DNA of 64,000 nt from Chlorokybus atmophyticus (taxonomy: Eukaryota > Plantae > Mesostigma and Chlorokybus algae), in assembly GCA_009103225.1 (NCBI GenBank), contig RHPI01000193.1, forward strand, positions 287,612-351,611, read 5' to 3'. Both the position numbers and the translations under genes were made by a program. The notes below the pieces were generated by a model that was not told where the DNA came from, searched no databases, and saw only the letters and a list, made by a program, of their open reading frames with translations. Positions 1-17,124 of the stretch are shown piece after piece; position 1 is the stretch's first letter; every line of letters starts with the position of its first letter.

Positions 1-945
1 CAATTGCCCATTTCGCCCCGTAAGTAAACAGCTTCCCCGCTCCTCCGGGCATCCGCGCGGCCGTCACGGCGAACACCACTACCAACAAGACGAGAGCGAT
101 GGCGGAGGGCGTCGGAGATGAGGGAGGAGCGCATGCCTCGGAAGGATGAGGGAACTGTGAAGGGTAGCGAGCAACATGGTGGTAGTGTGATGCAGGCGTA
201 GGGTGCTTGTTGGATGATGACATCAATGCTCCAAACGATACTACTCATCGATTATTGTGCGCTACCCAGCGAACAACCGAGGACGGGTAGTACAGCAGAA
301 GCAGTGTGCAGCAGAGTGTGATTCATGAAGGCATACTGCAGCGTAGTCTGTAATGGTGTGATTCGGTCAAGGTATAATTCACCATAGCTGTCCAAAACAA
401 ACTGCGGTGCAGTGCAGCGCAGTAGGAGTATTATAGTCTAATCTAGTGTGCATAAGTGCATAGTGTGATGTAGTGTGACAGCGTAGTGTGATGTATTATT
501 AAGAGCCATGGGCACCTCTCTACGGCGTTGGCGGTGGTCCACCAGTCTGCGCTGTGCGTGGGGTCGTAGAAGCTAGCAACCACAACCGTGTTGCTCCACA
601 CCTGCAAGTGTGCGTGTGGTGGTGGGTGGGGGGGGAGGTAGACACATAGCAACGTTACGACTCACAATCAATACGCACTCACGCACTGCGCACACGCCTG
701 CATGTGTTCACACGTATGCATACGCACAACCACGTGCGCAGTGCACGCACATGCACGAAGTGTGTGCATTTCTCCCTCTCTCACCTCGTGATACAGTCGA
801 TGCAGTAGTGCGACCGCAAATGTGGCCCCGGCCGTAGCAACGTACACCCCGTTGACTGCAGTGGACAAGGACTTCCAGCGGAACGGATCCTTGCAGAGGA
901 GGGCTTGGGCCACAATCGCGATGGAAAAGACTCTTTTCCTTGAAG
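1..945 (-). pseudogene. Inverted partial copy of the sodium:solute symporter gene (3 exon remnants: ~945-785, 601-~515, 136-<1)
   Basis: Minus-strand exon 785-~945 (..SIAIVAQALLCKDPFRWKSLSTAVNGVYVATAGATFAVALLHRLYHE|gt) matches plus-strand exon 4482-4635 (..SVAIVAYLLRTGPFRWKSLSTAVNGVYDSTAAVAFAVALLYRLYNE|gt). Next come cag|VWSNTVVVASFYDPTHSADWWTTA (601-) and ag|GMRSSLISDAL-(frameshift)-AIALVLLVVVFAVTAARMPGGAGKLF (136-). The frameshift and a truncated middle exon indicate decay. Confidence 0.85.
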
Positions 946-2723
946 GCAGACACAAACGCGTGCAGGTGGGGTTGAGGTTGAGGTTAAGGATGAGATAACA
1001 TTGACAGTACCAATCACAAGAACTATGTAGGGGTTGTTTTCGTATAAATACATGATGTGAGCGCACGCGTGCGTATACGTGCACAAGGGTTTGTGTGCTA
1101 TATACGCGTGCCATTCCATGTGACCTTCAAGGAAGTTCACACGGAGCTCGTTCTGCTGGCGCTCAAAGTTGTAGAACTTCCCGCTCCACATGGTATACAT
1201 GTCAAAACTCAACATGCAGATTGTAAACAAATAACACACACACACACACACACAACTTTCACATAACTTTCCTTGCATCATGCTTTTCGTGCAAGTTTGT
1301 ACACATATATATATATATACATATATATATATACATATAGTTTGCATACCAAGGTGGCTTGCATACAACACGCGAGACGATTAAACAAGCATTGCAGTGG
1401 TATATGTTTCACCCCATGATTTTGTAACCTCAACCGCCAATTTTGCCCTCCATTCGGAACTTTATGTGTCCTTAAACTATTATTAAATCTTTGCGTGTCG
1501 TACGGCATATATGTGTGAAGCAAGGCTTCCTGACGAGCCGCGCCGGTGGTAGCGAAACCCATTCAAGCCAAGATGGTCATTAGAGGTTTACATCGCCAAC
1601 TCCGCATGGCTCCCACTCATGTAATACGCATCGTAGCCTGTGTCACGTTGTTGCGATAACATGCAAGCAAAAGACTTACATCGAAGACATACGATAAACC
1701 ATCAACACGGCAGCAATTAGCTAACATGCAAACGAGCAGAGCTTAAGTTAAAGTTCATCACACTTGTTGTTGGCAGCTATGACGATGCCATCGGCGATGT
1801 CGGCGACCTCTCAGTTAGCTACACGTGCGCGCACGCGCGCATGCACGCATGCACACACACACACACAAATACGCACACGCACACACATGCTTTATGGATG
1901 GCAATATAGAAAGCAAACAAACTCAGATGTTTGCTTCGTTATTTAGCATGATGCGATGAGATGAGCACAAAGTAGCAGATTCGTTACCATTGCTAAATGG
2001 CCAATATGGCAAATGTCATGCTTGATGTGAAACTGCAAGTCATGTATTAACATATACATATAATTTTTGAGGGGGTTCGTAATGTATGCGTACATTACGA
2101 ACCCCCTCGAAAATTATGCGATGGCTTACATCATAATTAATATTGACATTAATCCCTTTTAAAGGCCTAAGTAATGTTAGTATATATGCAGCCCATTAAC
2201 TTTCCTGGTCACAATGAGAAGAGGTAGCATGGCAATCATTCAAAGCACGTTATCAAAGGGATGCCAGGTTGGTAATGTAGGTGGCACTACGGTACTACAA
2301 CCAAGATCTTTGCTAACAAAATTGGCATGAGTCCCCTTTCCTGTGNCCCCACCGAGCGGCCAAGCCGCCCCAAACATGCAAAACTCTGGGTCAGCAAGAA
2401 TCCATCTTGCCTGCAAGATAAAGGAAGGTACCAATCAGCGGCCATGATTGCGCCGGGCTTCATGATGAGGTTCATGCGCTCGACGTGGCACCTCTTTCGC
2501 GCACCACTTTTGCCTTGGATGGCACATGGTGTAATTGCATGCCGCTGGTTTGAGCCGCGGACTGAGCAGAAAGCCGCGGCGGCGGCGGCGGATAAAGAGG
2601 AGGAGGAGGAGGAGGAGGAGGAGCAGGAGGGGTATTCTCCTCCGCTGCGTGCTTGCCAACCCCGCGTCCAGCGTGCATTGTGGGTATAAACAATAGCTTG
2701 CATGCTGTGTGTGTGTGTGTGTG

Positions 2724-2754
<31 letters not shown>

Positions 2755-2992
2755 CTGTGTCTGTGTGTGTGTGGCTGTGTGCCTTCCTCGGAGTTAAGCG
2801 TGTGCATTGGGTGCAAGCAACCACCCAGCAGCAGCTTGCATGCTTCTGCTGGGTGCGCGTTCCAGCTTGCATGCCTGCGTGTTCTGCAATTGGTTAATCT
2901 TTAGCACACATTTGTCTTGTCTTGGTTGCATTGTCTCACCCCTCTTCCTCACACAGGGTGACCCTCCTCACCCTTCAGTCAACACCACGGCA

Positions 2993-7314
<4,322 letters not shown>

Positions 7315-8309
7315 GTGGGGAGTTGTGGTTGGTGATATTGGTTGGTGTGTTGGCTAGTCATACTTTGGACAACTTGTACGCGCGAACAATGATCACCAGT
7401 GCGCTTGTTGACTTATCCTGTATCTACCCCCTTATGGTGGGACTTTGTACGTTGTTGTTTGGGGGGGGGGGGGGGGGGGGGGGGGGTNNNNNNNNNNGGG
7501 CGCGCGTATGTGGACATAGAGTACAGGCAAGTTTTGCTGCTGTTATGTAGCCTAAGGTGACGGGCACTTAGCACTATCATGTGTCTCGCACATGCGCAAT
7601 AGGCATTTCACTTTCACCTCCAAAACCCACCAGTGTTAGCCTGCAAACACACGCGACAGTTGCACGAGACTTCGCCGTCGTGTCTGTCACCATCGAGGCG
7701 GTGTTACGGCCACGCGAGAGCAGCTGCCAGATGAAAAACATGCTTCGGGTGTCCCTATACAACAACAACCCAACATCGCAACTCATTCAGCAGAGGCATT
7801 AGCAGACTTGCACGGGAGCGCAAGCACACACGTGCACCTCCTTCGCCAGTGACAGCATGACGGGAGTGTGCTGTGTATATGAACGTCGTATGCGTCATAT
7901 GTGAATTGTATGATATGTATGTCCTATGTGCCATTGTGCAACATTTTGAGAAGCTGCACACGCGCCTGTTTGGTGACCCCAACCGGCTTACCAGCTAAAA
8001 GCTCCAAGATGTGGAGTCTACATCTAACTTGCACGATATGTCCCGCCGTCTTACGCGCATCTCAGCTTGTGTCGAGCTCCGCACCGACAAAGCCACAATA
8101 CAGCAGCCGACCGTTTGCGCAAAACTCGCGCAGGTACTCGCCTCCATGGCTCTCCACCCATGCTACAAACAACACAGCAACAGGCAGTCGCAGCATTGTG
8201 TGTTGGGCAGATGGCAAACCCACAGCTTATGGCGCACGCACAGAATCAAAACTAGTGGTTCTACAATGTAATCAAGGTAAGTTGCATAGTATAATGCTTG
8301 CTTACATGA

Positions 8310-8358
8310 GCGAGCGAGCGAGAGAGCGAGAGAGCGAGAGAGCGAGAGAGCGCGAGAG

Positions 8359-8434
<76 letters not shown>

Positions 8435-8435
8435 N

Positions 8436-8479
<44 letters not shown>
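8310..8479. repeat. (GA)n / (GAGAGC)n microsatellite
   Basis: Direct inspection; contains one N. Confidence 0.9.
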
Positions 8480-8484
<5 letters not shown>

Positions 8485-9004
8485 CTCCTCAGCTTGTCCA
8501 TTCCCTAGCAACCGTTCCACTAACATGCACTTGACACTGCCATCCGAGTCGCACGACTTTCATGGCCACCGCCTGCTGCAGCTCGTGCAAAGCCTGCAAT
8601 GGTGGCAATTCAGTCCCCTCAGCAAGTATGTAACAGCACATGCATGCACGCGTGCGCACATGACAGAGACATGGCTGCCGCCGTGGCTGTCAATGACAGC
8701 AGCCAGGAACAGCCAGTGGCGGCGGGGGAGGGGGAGGAGGGGGGTTGTGGAGCAAGTGGAGTAGAGGAGGCCAGGAGAGGGACATGGATGTGGGGAGCAT
8801 GGCAAGCAGAATGCGGTCGTCATTTACCAATACAATGCGACGCATGTTAACAAGGGCACAACCGTCATGCAACGGAGCGCCCCCCCCCCCAATAGCTCGC
8901 ATACCGTACACGTATTTATTCAGATAGAAGCCCACCCCTATCAATTTACCCCCTTGGGTATATACTGGCAAAGGGGCTTTGATAACATACGCAGCCTTCC
9001 CCCC

Positions 9005-9375
9005 NNNNNNNNNNNNNNNNNNNNNNNNNNNNNNNNNNNNNNNNNNNNNNNNNNNNNNNNNNNNNNNNNNNNNNNNNNNNNNNNNNNNNNNNNNNNNNNN
9101 NNNNNNNNNNNNNNNNNNNNNNNNNNNNNNNNNNNNNNNNNNNNNNNNNNNNNNNNNNNNNNNNNNNNNNNNNNNNNNNNNNNNNNNNNNNNNNNNNNNN
9201 NNNNNNNNNNNNNNNNNNNNNNNNNNNNNNNNNNNNNNNNNNNNNNNNNNNNNNNNNNNNNNNNNNNNNNNNNNNNNNNNNNNNNNNNNNNNNNNNNNNN
9301 NNNNNNNNNNNNNNNNNNNNNNNNNNNNNNNNNNNNNNNNNNNNNNNNNNNNNNNNNNNNNNNNNNNNNNNNNNN
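9005..9375. other. Assembly gap (N run); other gaps at 7488-7497, 32984-33264 and 39972-40445
   Basis: Runs of N. Confidence 1.
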
Positions 9376-9549
9376 CGGGGGGGCTGTGAAAAGGGGGGGG
9401 GGAGCTCTATCCGAGTAAATAGGACAAGTCTCCACTTTGGAGAGGAGGTAAGGAAAGGGTGGTGGGTGGAGCGTGTAAGCTAGTGTCCGCCAATGTGCTA
9501 TATACACTATTGGACATAATAAGGCTATCATGTCACTTCGAGAAGGCTT

Positions 9550-10950
9550 TGGTGTCTTGTTATTGTTGACATATGGATCAATACATTTGCAAATGTAATA
9601 CGTGGGAGGGAGCACCGTGTAGTGTTGATGATATGGAACTTTGTTGGGCAAGTGATGGTGGTTATTACTGCCGCCGGCGCCGTTTGCCTTAGCACCTTTA
9701 TACGCCACAAGCGGAAGCAATGTGAGAGCTTTAAGCGGCAGCAAAGTACTGTATGTAAGGATTATGGACGGCAGCATGAGCTCCCAAAAAAAAACGGAAC
9801 CATCTTGACGGTATGCCAGACATAACTTGTGCCGATCCAAGCGCGTGCAATCCGCACAGATATGCTTCATTACGTGTGAACAAAAAATGCATCCAGTTAA
9901 TCCAACACTGGGCAACGTTGCTGGATGCTATATGCCGAAGAATTCCAATTGCTGACCATGCAAGCTTGACGAAAATGATTGAGGAACACCGGGAATTCTA
10001 CTTCTCCATGTCCGCAATATTTGCCGTTTCTCTGGCACAGAGAGCGACCTAAATTCTTCGGCGCATAAGGCCTTCAACCTTGCAATGGTGTTCAATCCCT
10101 TCAATGCACCCATGTTATATAACAATGCATACGTGACGCTGCACTGGCACGAGCTTTCCCTCTTCAACAGAACATGTTCCGCTGCAAAGATTATGTCCTT
10201 TTCCGCAGCATTCTTTGCTGTTGCTTTAACCTTCTTGCAAAGCTCCCTCTCGTGATGTGGCGTGGTATGAAGGCAGATAATTCGGCCAGTGACAGCAACA
10301 ACCACCGAGGACAAGATACCCAGCAAAGGTGCTTATTGCCGGCACCAAATGGGTGCCATTGCTTCCTTTCACGTGCTAGGCGATGTAGCCTGCGATGAAC
10401 TACCTTGGAGATCAACGACAACGTGTCGTGTGCGCGCGCGCGCGCGTACGCATGCAGAGCAGCTTTCCCTTGGCTGTGTGCGAAATTGGTTGCTGATGAG
10501 AAAGGGCAATGATGCTGTTGGTCTCACGTCCACACGCAACCGCTGACGATAGGGCTCGAGTCTGTCATTGTTGGCCCACTTACCAAGTATGTCGACATCC
10601 TCAATGTTGAATGGAGAAACATGTGGTGGTAGTACAACCCGCACATCTCCTCGCACACCTTGCTAAGCATCATGTCGAGAGGCGTGAAGGCCCTCCAGCC
10701 CATAGCGTTATCGCCCATAATTGTTAACAAATGCCCATCAAACTGCGTACAAAGGCGAAGCAGAATCGAAATGCAATAAGCAGACAGCTTAATCACACAC
10801 CATGCCACTCTGACAACTGCAACTTCACTTGATAGGACATCATTGATTGCATGACACACATTGCATGCGCACTTATTTGCTATAGTGTGGATGCATGGCA
10901 TGCACACGCGTGTCGATGCAATAGACCGCATGGTCTTGAAGCATACTGCT
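9550..10950 (-). pseudogene. Unidentified degraded, probably multi-exon coding remnant; may continue beyond the LTR element to ~17260
   Basis: Exon-like minus-strand blocks with ag|..|gt borders (e.g. cag|FDGHLLTIMGDNAMGWRAFTPLDMMLSK|gt at ~10733-10650) and interrupted ORFs such as 9928-10326. No family recognised. Confidence 0.3.
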
Positions 10951-10976
10951 CAGCAAAACCTCCAATATAGGGTGAG

Positions 10977-11647
10977 TGTAACAGCTTGGACCTTTTTCCA
11001 TAATTCACTACATGTACAATATGTGTTTTGCCTTTTTTCTGGTTTTACTAGGCTTTATGAAGGGCTTCTACAAGCTGTACAGGCGGTGCTCTGCTGCCGC
11101 GCGCGACTTCGTGCCTGCGACCAGCCCGGCAGCTGCCTGCCTGCGACGTGACCTACTAAGGCAGCGGTGACGCAGCTGACAGTACATGCCATGCGACGTG
11201 GGCTGCATAGTCAGCTACCGCTGCGCAGTACCTTGTGACGCGGACTGCCCAGTCAGTTGCCGCGTGAAATGTACTCCGACGCACTGAGTAGCAGTCTGCA
11301 CTTATAAAGGTCCTTTTGGATTTAGTAAGTCATAGCCCAAACGCCTGGTTATTAGGCTGCTTGGTTGTTGTGCTTGTACAAATAGAAACCCTCTGTAAAA
11401 CAACCAACTCTTGCTTTCTGCTCTCTGCTGTGAGTATGCTGGTGTATGCTTGAGAGAGGCGTGATCCAAGGCACACTGCTGCGTTCTTGCTTGGTGTGGG
11501 AAATAGTAGTGTTCGTGTGCGTGTGCGTGCTCAACGCGTGCGTGCGCGCGCGGGAGAAGGCAAGGTTCCGGTGTGAAGACTGTGCTCAGCTGCACACATG
11601 TGTTGTATGACTTGTGTGCTGTGTATGTGAGCACGAGCATCGTTACA
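10977..11647 (+). repeat. 5' LTR of element 1 (671 bp)
   Basis: Direct repeat of 16490-17124, with substitutions and small indels. Confidence 0.95.
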
Positions 11648-11734
11648 GTGGTATCGGAGCCCTTGGAAGGGTTGAGTTTCTTGTGCTGAAGGGATTTTAA
11701 CCATATCTTTGGTGTGTGAGGTATTTTTCTGTTC

Positions 11735-12776
11735 ATGGACGTTACCATGGATGATGCACACGTTGTGGAGCTTCAGCAAGTGCTGTTCGCTGCTTATGAG
11801 GAGCTGCAACGTGTTCAAGCATCTGCCCAAGCTCAAGCGGCACATATTCAAGAAGTCTTGGCGCAAGCGCGCGCGGCTACGCCTTGCTGCACTGATGGCT
11901 CTTCTACCAGCCTCGCGTCACGTGAAAGTGCCAAAACCAAAGCCATTCAAGGGCCAGAGGGATGGTGACTGCGTCGAGGTGTGGGTGTTTGCTGTCTCTT
12001 CATGGTTGAAGCTCACCGAGGTACCCGTACATCTCCATGTCGATGTGGCTGCTACTTTGTTTAAGGGAGCTACACTTGTGTGGTGGCGTCATCGTTGTGC
12101 TCGTGTGAAAGCTGGTCTCGAGGTCCTCTTTGTCAACGTGGCTGAGCTGGCCGCTGAGGTGAAGAAACAAATCGTACCGGTGCAAAGCATGAAGACGGCA
12201 CGCGATCAGCTCTCTACACTTGTGCAAACGCAGTCCGTAATGGCCTACACATCTGCGTTTCAGCGTCTTGTGCTCTCCATACCCAACATGACTGAGGAGG
12301 AGCTGGACCGCTATACGCGCGTGTTGAAGACTCTTTGTCGCAAGGAAGTTGATCTTCGTGACGCCATAACTCTTGCGGAGGCCATTCGCATCGCTGAGCG
12401 TACGGATGTGTTGTACTTCAAGGGTACTGCCAAAGACACTAATCATGGGCGCTTCACTCAGTCACGGGGAGGTTTGTATCGCTCATACACACCTTTTGGA
12501 GCTGGTTTGGGAGCTGCAACAGCTGCGGAGGCTGACTCGGGACCTACACCAATGGAGTTGGGTGTTCTCCATGCTTCAAAGAAGGGTGTGAAGGGTCGGG
12601 AAGATGCCAAGGCAGTTTGGAACTGTTGAGAGTGCTCTTCTACTGAACATATGCGCTCCAACTGCCCCATCTTTAAGGCAAAGTCGGCTGCACATGCACT
12701 CAATGCGCGCGGATGTGGACGTGTGAATACGGTGGAGGAGGAGATGTTGCAGTCGGGAAACGGCTCACCTCAGTAG
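11735..12776 (+). pseudogene. gag: gag of element 1 (frameshift near 11900; stop inside the CCHC knuckle)
   Basis: KVPKPKPFKGQRDGD..WWRHRC..; zinc knuckle VWNC*ECSSTEHMRSNC; terminal TAG 12774-12776; homologous to the intact gag of element 2. Confidence 0.9.
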
Positions 12777-15700
12777 CTAAGGAGGCTGCTGCTGGGGTTG
12801 AGATGGAGCCTCTTTCTAATGTTGACAGTTCCGAGCCTTTCGTGGATGCGTCGGTGACTGTTGGCGGCATGTATACGTGCGCGACGGCGACGTGGAACGG
12901 TGTGGTTCGTGTGCCCGATGAGGGGAGGCAGCTGCTGACTGTCACGACCATGATTCGCGAGGGTGATGGGGCTTGGGGTGGAGTGCACATTGCTGGTGGA
13001 TAGCGGCGCGAACAGCAACTTCATGAATCGGGAGGTTGCGCGTCGACACAAGTGGCTCTCGTGGGCGAATGCCGGCTCCGTGACTCTCGCGGACGGCCGT
13101 GCGCCAATCGGAGCTGCGAAGCTGAGCAAAGAGCTTGAAGTCCACGTGGGGATGATGAAGGATAGCCCACGGTTTTGCTGCCTCGAGCTCGGCAATGGCT
13201 TTAATGGCATTTTGGGGCTACCTTGGCTTTGGACACATAACCCCGCCATTAATTGGAGGAAGCGCCTAAGTGCTGCCCCGGAAGGTGGTGGTATGGCTAT
13301 GACTTGCTTGGGTGCTTCTTCCCGTGGTGAGTGTTTAGTTCAAGAGCGTGTGAGCTGCGTCGCAGCTGCCAGCAATGCACCGCATGCGCGTGAGGTGCAT
13401 GGCGTGAAGGCGTGCCAGCAAGATGCACAACAACATGCTTATAGCTCGGGGGGGAAGGCTCCGGAGCTGGTGTCACAGGTTTCTGAGGCTGAGATGGAGC
13501 AGATCTGGTCCGGGAACGACGTGAAGGATGCATGGTTGTGTGTGGTGTGTGACACGCCGTTAAAGTCAAATCCGAAGCTGGTCGGCACTGGTGTGGAGGG
13601 TTGGAAAGACCCTAAGGTGCAGAAGTTTCTTGAGGAGTTCAAAGACATTATGGTGGCGGGTTACCATCTGGTTTGCCACCCACGCGCAGCGTTGATCACC
13701 ATGTGGAGCTCGTTGAGGGCGTGCCCAAGCCGCCGTATAGACCAGTGTACACGTTGTCTCCGGCTGAGCTGGAGGAGGCGGAGAGTACAAGTTGAGGACC
13801 TTCTGCAACGTGGATACATCAGGCCTAGCAAGTCTCCGTATGGTGCACCTATCTTGTTTGTGCGCAAGAAGAATGGAGCCTTGCGCATGTGCGTTGATTA
13901 CCGGCCGCTCAACAACATCTCGAAGAAGAATGTCTTTCCTTTGCCTCGCATCAATGAGTTGTTGGAGCAGCTAGAAGGTGCTGAGTTTTTCACAAGCCTG
14001 GACCTAGCTGGCGGCTACCATCAGATCTGCGTAGCGCCCGAGGACATTGAGAAAACGGCATTCAACACTCGCTATGGCTATTACGAGTGGTTGGTGATGT
14101 CGTTTGGGATGACCAACGCTCCGGCAACCTTTCAAACCTTGATGAACGGTGTCTTTGCTGATTTGATTGGCAAGGGTGTCCTCGTGTACCTCAATGACAT
14201 TCTCGTGTATGCCAAGAGCAAGAGCGAGCACATGGCGTTGCTACGTGAGGTGATGCAGCGTATACGTGCAAACAAGTTGTTCGCTCAGCTTAACAAGTGC
14301 CGCTTTTTGCTGCAAGAGGTAGAGTATCTCGGCCATCTTGTCTCCAAGCAAGGGATTAAGGCGGACTCCAACGAGATTGCGGCGGTGCGCGATTGGATTG
14401 CCCCGAACAACGTGAAGGATGTCATGTCGTTCCTAGGGCTAGCTGGCTATTATCGCAAGTTTGTGAGAGGCTTCTCGCACTTGGCATCACCATTGACGGC
14501 ATTGTTGAAGAAGGGTAAGCTGGAGCTGGTTGAAGGATATGAAGGCGTTTTTTGACTTGAAAGCGGCCTGAACATCGGCACCCGTTCTGGTGGATCCCAA
14601 CATGCAATTGCCATTCGTGGTGGCATGCAATGCTTCCGATAAGGCCGCTGGAGCTGTGTTGCAACAAGATCACGGCAACGGCTTGCAACCGGTGGCATTT
14701 TTCAGCAAAAAGTTGAGTGGAGCCGAGCTAAACTACTCCGTTCATGAGAAGGAATTGCTGGCGCAGGTGTTGGCGCTACGACAACGGCGTTATTTTCTTG
14801 AGGGCAAGCGCTTCATGCTTGCAACGGATCACTCGCCATTGAGGTTCCTTCAAACGCAGCCTCATCTCTCGCGGCGGCAAGCTCGTTGGCTCGAGTTCTT
14901 TCAACTCCTCGACTTCGAGGTTTAGTACAAGCCCGGCTATTCGAACAAGATTGCGGACGCGTTGAGTCGGTACCTCAATGCAATTGAAACGATTGTTCAA
15001 GTGCAGCCCGAGTGGTTGAAGCAGATCCGAGCCTTGTTGCATGAGGACGCCGTCGGTAAGAAGGCTATCAAAGCGCTCGAGAACGGAACTGATCATGGTG
15101 GCGTTTGGGCATTGAAGGACGGGCTGCTATGGCACGGAGATCGCATGTACATACCCAACATTGCGTACATGCGCGTGGGATTGATGAAGGAAGCACACGA
15201 CGCGCCAATAGCTGGTCATCAAGGGCTGGAGCGGACGCTAGTCTTGTTGAAACAGCGATTTTTCTGGTCGGAGATGCATCGTGATGTTAAGGACTAAGTG
15301 GCATTGTGCGACACTTGTCAAAGGGTGAAGGCGAGCAACCAACGAGTCAGCGGGCTGCTCCAACCATTGCCGATACCTTTGGCGAAGTGGGAGCAAGTTA
15401 CTCTCAATTTCATCACGGGGCTGCCAGGAACACGCGAAGGACATGATGCTATATTGGTGTTTGTGGGCAAGACCAGCAAAATGGTGCGGTTGGCGCCATG
15501 TACGGAGACTTGCACGGCTCCCGAGGCTGCCAAGTTGTTCATCAAGCATGTGGTGCGCTCTCATGGTCTCCCGAGGAGCATTGTGAGTGATAGGGACCTG
15601 CGGTTCACAGGAAACTTCTGGAAGGCTCTTCGCTTTGGGCACAACCTTGAAGTTCAACACCGCATACCACCCTGAGACGGACGGCCACTCGGAACGCACC

Positions 15701-16489
15701 AACCGTGTGGTCGAGGACATGCTACGGTGCTATGTGAACAGCCGCCAAGACAATTGGGGAGACATGCTGGAGCTGATTGAGTTCACCATCAACAACCACA
15801 ATCGTGCAAGCACGGGCGTGACACCTTTTCTCATGAACTATGGGCAGCATCCGTTGACGCCGTTGACGGCATGGGCGCCTAGCATGCAATGTTTGGATGT
15901 GGAGGTCGTGGATGGCTTTCTCGAGAGGTGTGCGGACATTAGCAAGGCAGCTCGTGAGGCTCTGATTGTGGCACAAAACAGGCAAAAGCAATACGCCGAT
16001 GCGCATCGCAAGCATGTTGTCTTTTTGAGGGGTGATCGTGTGATGCTCTCTACCAAGCATGTGCAGCTGGTCACCGGTGTGCGCAAGCTAAGTGAGCGAT
16101 GGTTGGGACCTTTCAAAGTGATCAAGGTCATCTCGGAGGTAGCCTACAAGCTGGAGCTGCCCGATACCATGCGCGCGCACCCCGTTTTTCATGTCTCGCT
16201 CCTTAAAGCTTACAAGGGGGAGCCGCCACCTCGTCCGCCTCCGAGTCTGGTTCGTGAGGGCCAAGCTAAGTGGGAGGTGGAGTCAATCATCAAGGACAAG
16301 CTGGTTGGAGGGGTGCGCAAGTACTTGGTGAAGTGGCGCGGCTATCCGATGCACGAGGCGACGTACGAACCCGAGGAGAGCTTCACCAATGCCAAACAGA
16401 TTTTGCAGGAGAACAAGGTCAAAGGAGGCACTCGTCAGCTTCGAGGGCGAAGGAGCTTCGAGGGCGAAGCTCCCCCACGGGGGAAGGGG
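12755..16489 (+). pseudogene. pol: pol of element 1: protease, RT, RNase H, integrase, chromodomain (frameshifts and stops)
   Basis: LLVDSGANSNFM (PR); RPSKSPYGAPILFVRKKNGALRMCVDYR and YLNDIL (RT, with YxDD mutated); CNASDKAAGAVLQQ (RH); HDAPIAGHQG..CDTCQR and HPETDGHSERTN (INT); WEVESII..YLVKWRGYP..ATYEPE (chromo). Confidence 0.95.
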
Positions 16490-17124
16490 TGTAACATCTT
16501 AAACCTTTTTCCATACTTTACTACATGTACAATATGTGTTTTGCCTTTTTCCTGGTTTTATCAAGGCTTTATACATGACTTTTACAAGCTGTACAGGCGG
16601 TGCTCTGCTGCCGCGCGCGACTTTGCCTGCGACCAGCCCGGCAGCTACCTGCATGCGACGTGACCTACTGAGGCAGCGGTAACGCGGGCTGCATAGTCAG
16701 CTACCGCTGCGCAGTATCTTGTGACGCGGACTGCCCAGTCAGTTGCTGCGTGAAATGTACTCTGACGCATTGGGTAGCAGTCTGCACTTATAAAGGTCCT
16801 TTTGGATTTGGTAAGTCATAGCCCAAACGCCTGGTTATTAGGCTGCTTGGTTGTTGTGCTTGTACAAATAGAAACCCTCTGTAAAACAACCAACTCTTGC
16901 TTTCTGCTCTCTGGTGTGAGTATGCTGGTGTATGCTTAAGAGAGGCGTGATCCAAGGCACACTGCTGCGTTGTTGCTTGGCGTGGGAATTAGTAGTGTTC
17001 GTGTGCGTGTGCGTGCTCAACGCGTGCGCGGGAGAAGGCAAGGTTCCGGTGTGAAGACTGTGCTTGCTGCACACATGTGTTGTATGATTTGTGTGCTGTG
17101 TATGTGAGCATGAGCATTGTTACA
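16490..17124 (+). repeat. 3' LTR of element 1 (635 bp)
   Basis: Direct repeat of 10977-11647. Confidence 0.95.

Larger units (their letters stand above)
10977..17124 (+). mobile_element. Full-length Ty3/gypsy chromovirus LTR retrotransposon (element 1), degraded
   Basis: LTRs 10977-11647 and 16490-17124 (TGTAAC...GTTACA), TSD GTGAG on both sides (10972-10976, 17125-17129), PBS TGGTATCGGAGC 11649-11660, PPT GGGGGAAGGGG 16479-16489, and gag-PR-RT-RH-INT-chromo domain order. Confidence 0.97.

Noticed and set aside
2327-2689. ORF with a poly-A/poly-E tract upstream of the symporter
   Set aside because: Built on GCG/GAG microsatellites in the probable promoter or 5' UTR exon; no domain signal.
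8941-9915. Long ORFs spanning N gaps (also 32537-33353 and 39867-40607)
   Set aside because: Their length is due to undefined bases; only the flanks of 32537-33319 (integrase/chromo of element 2) are meaningful.
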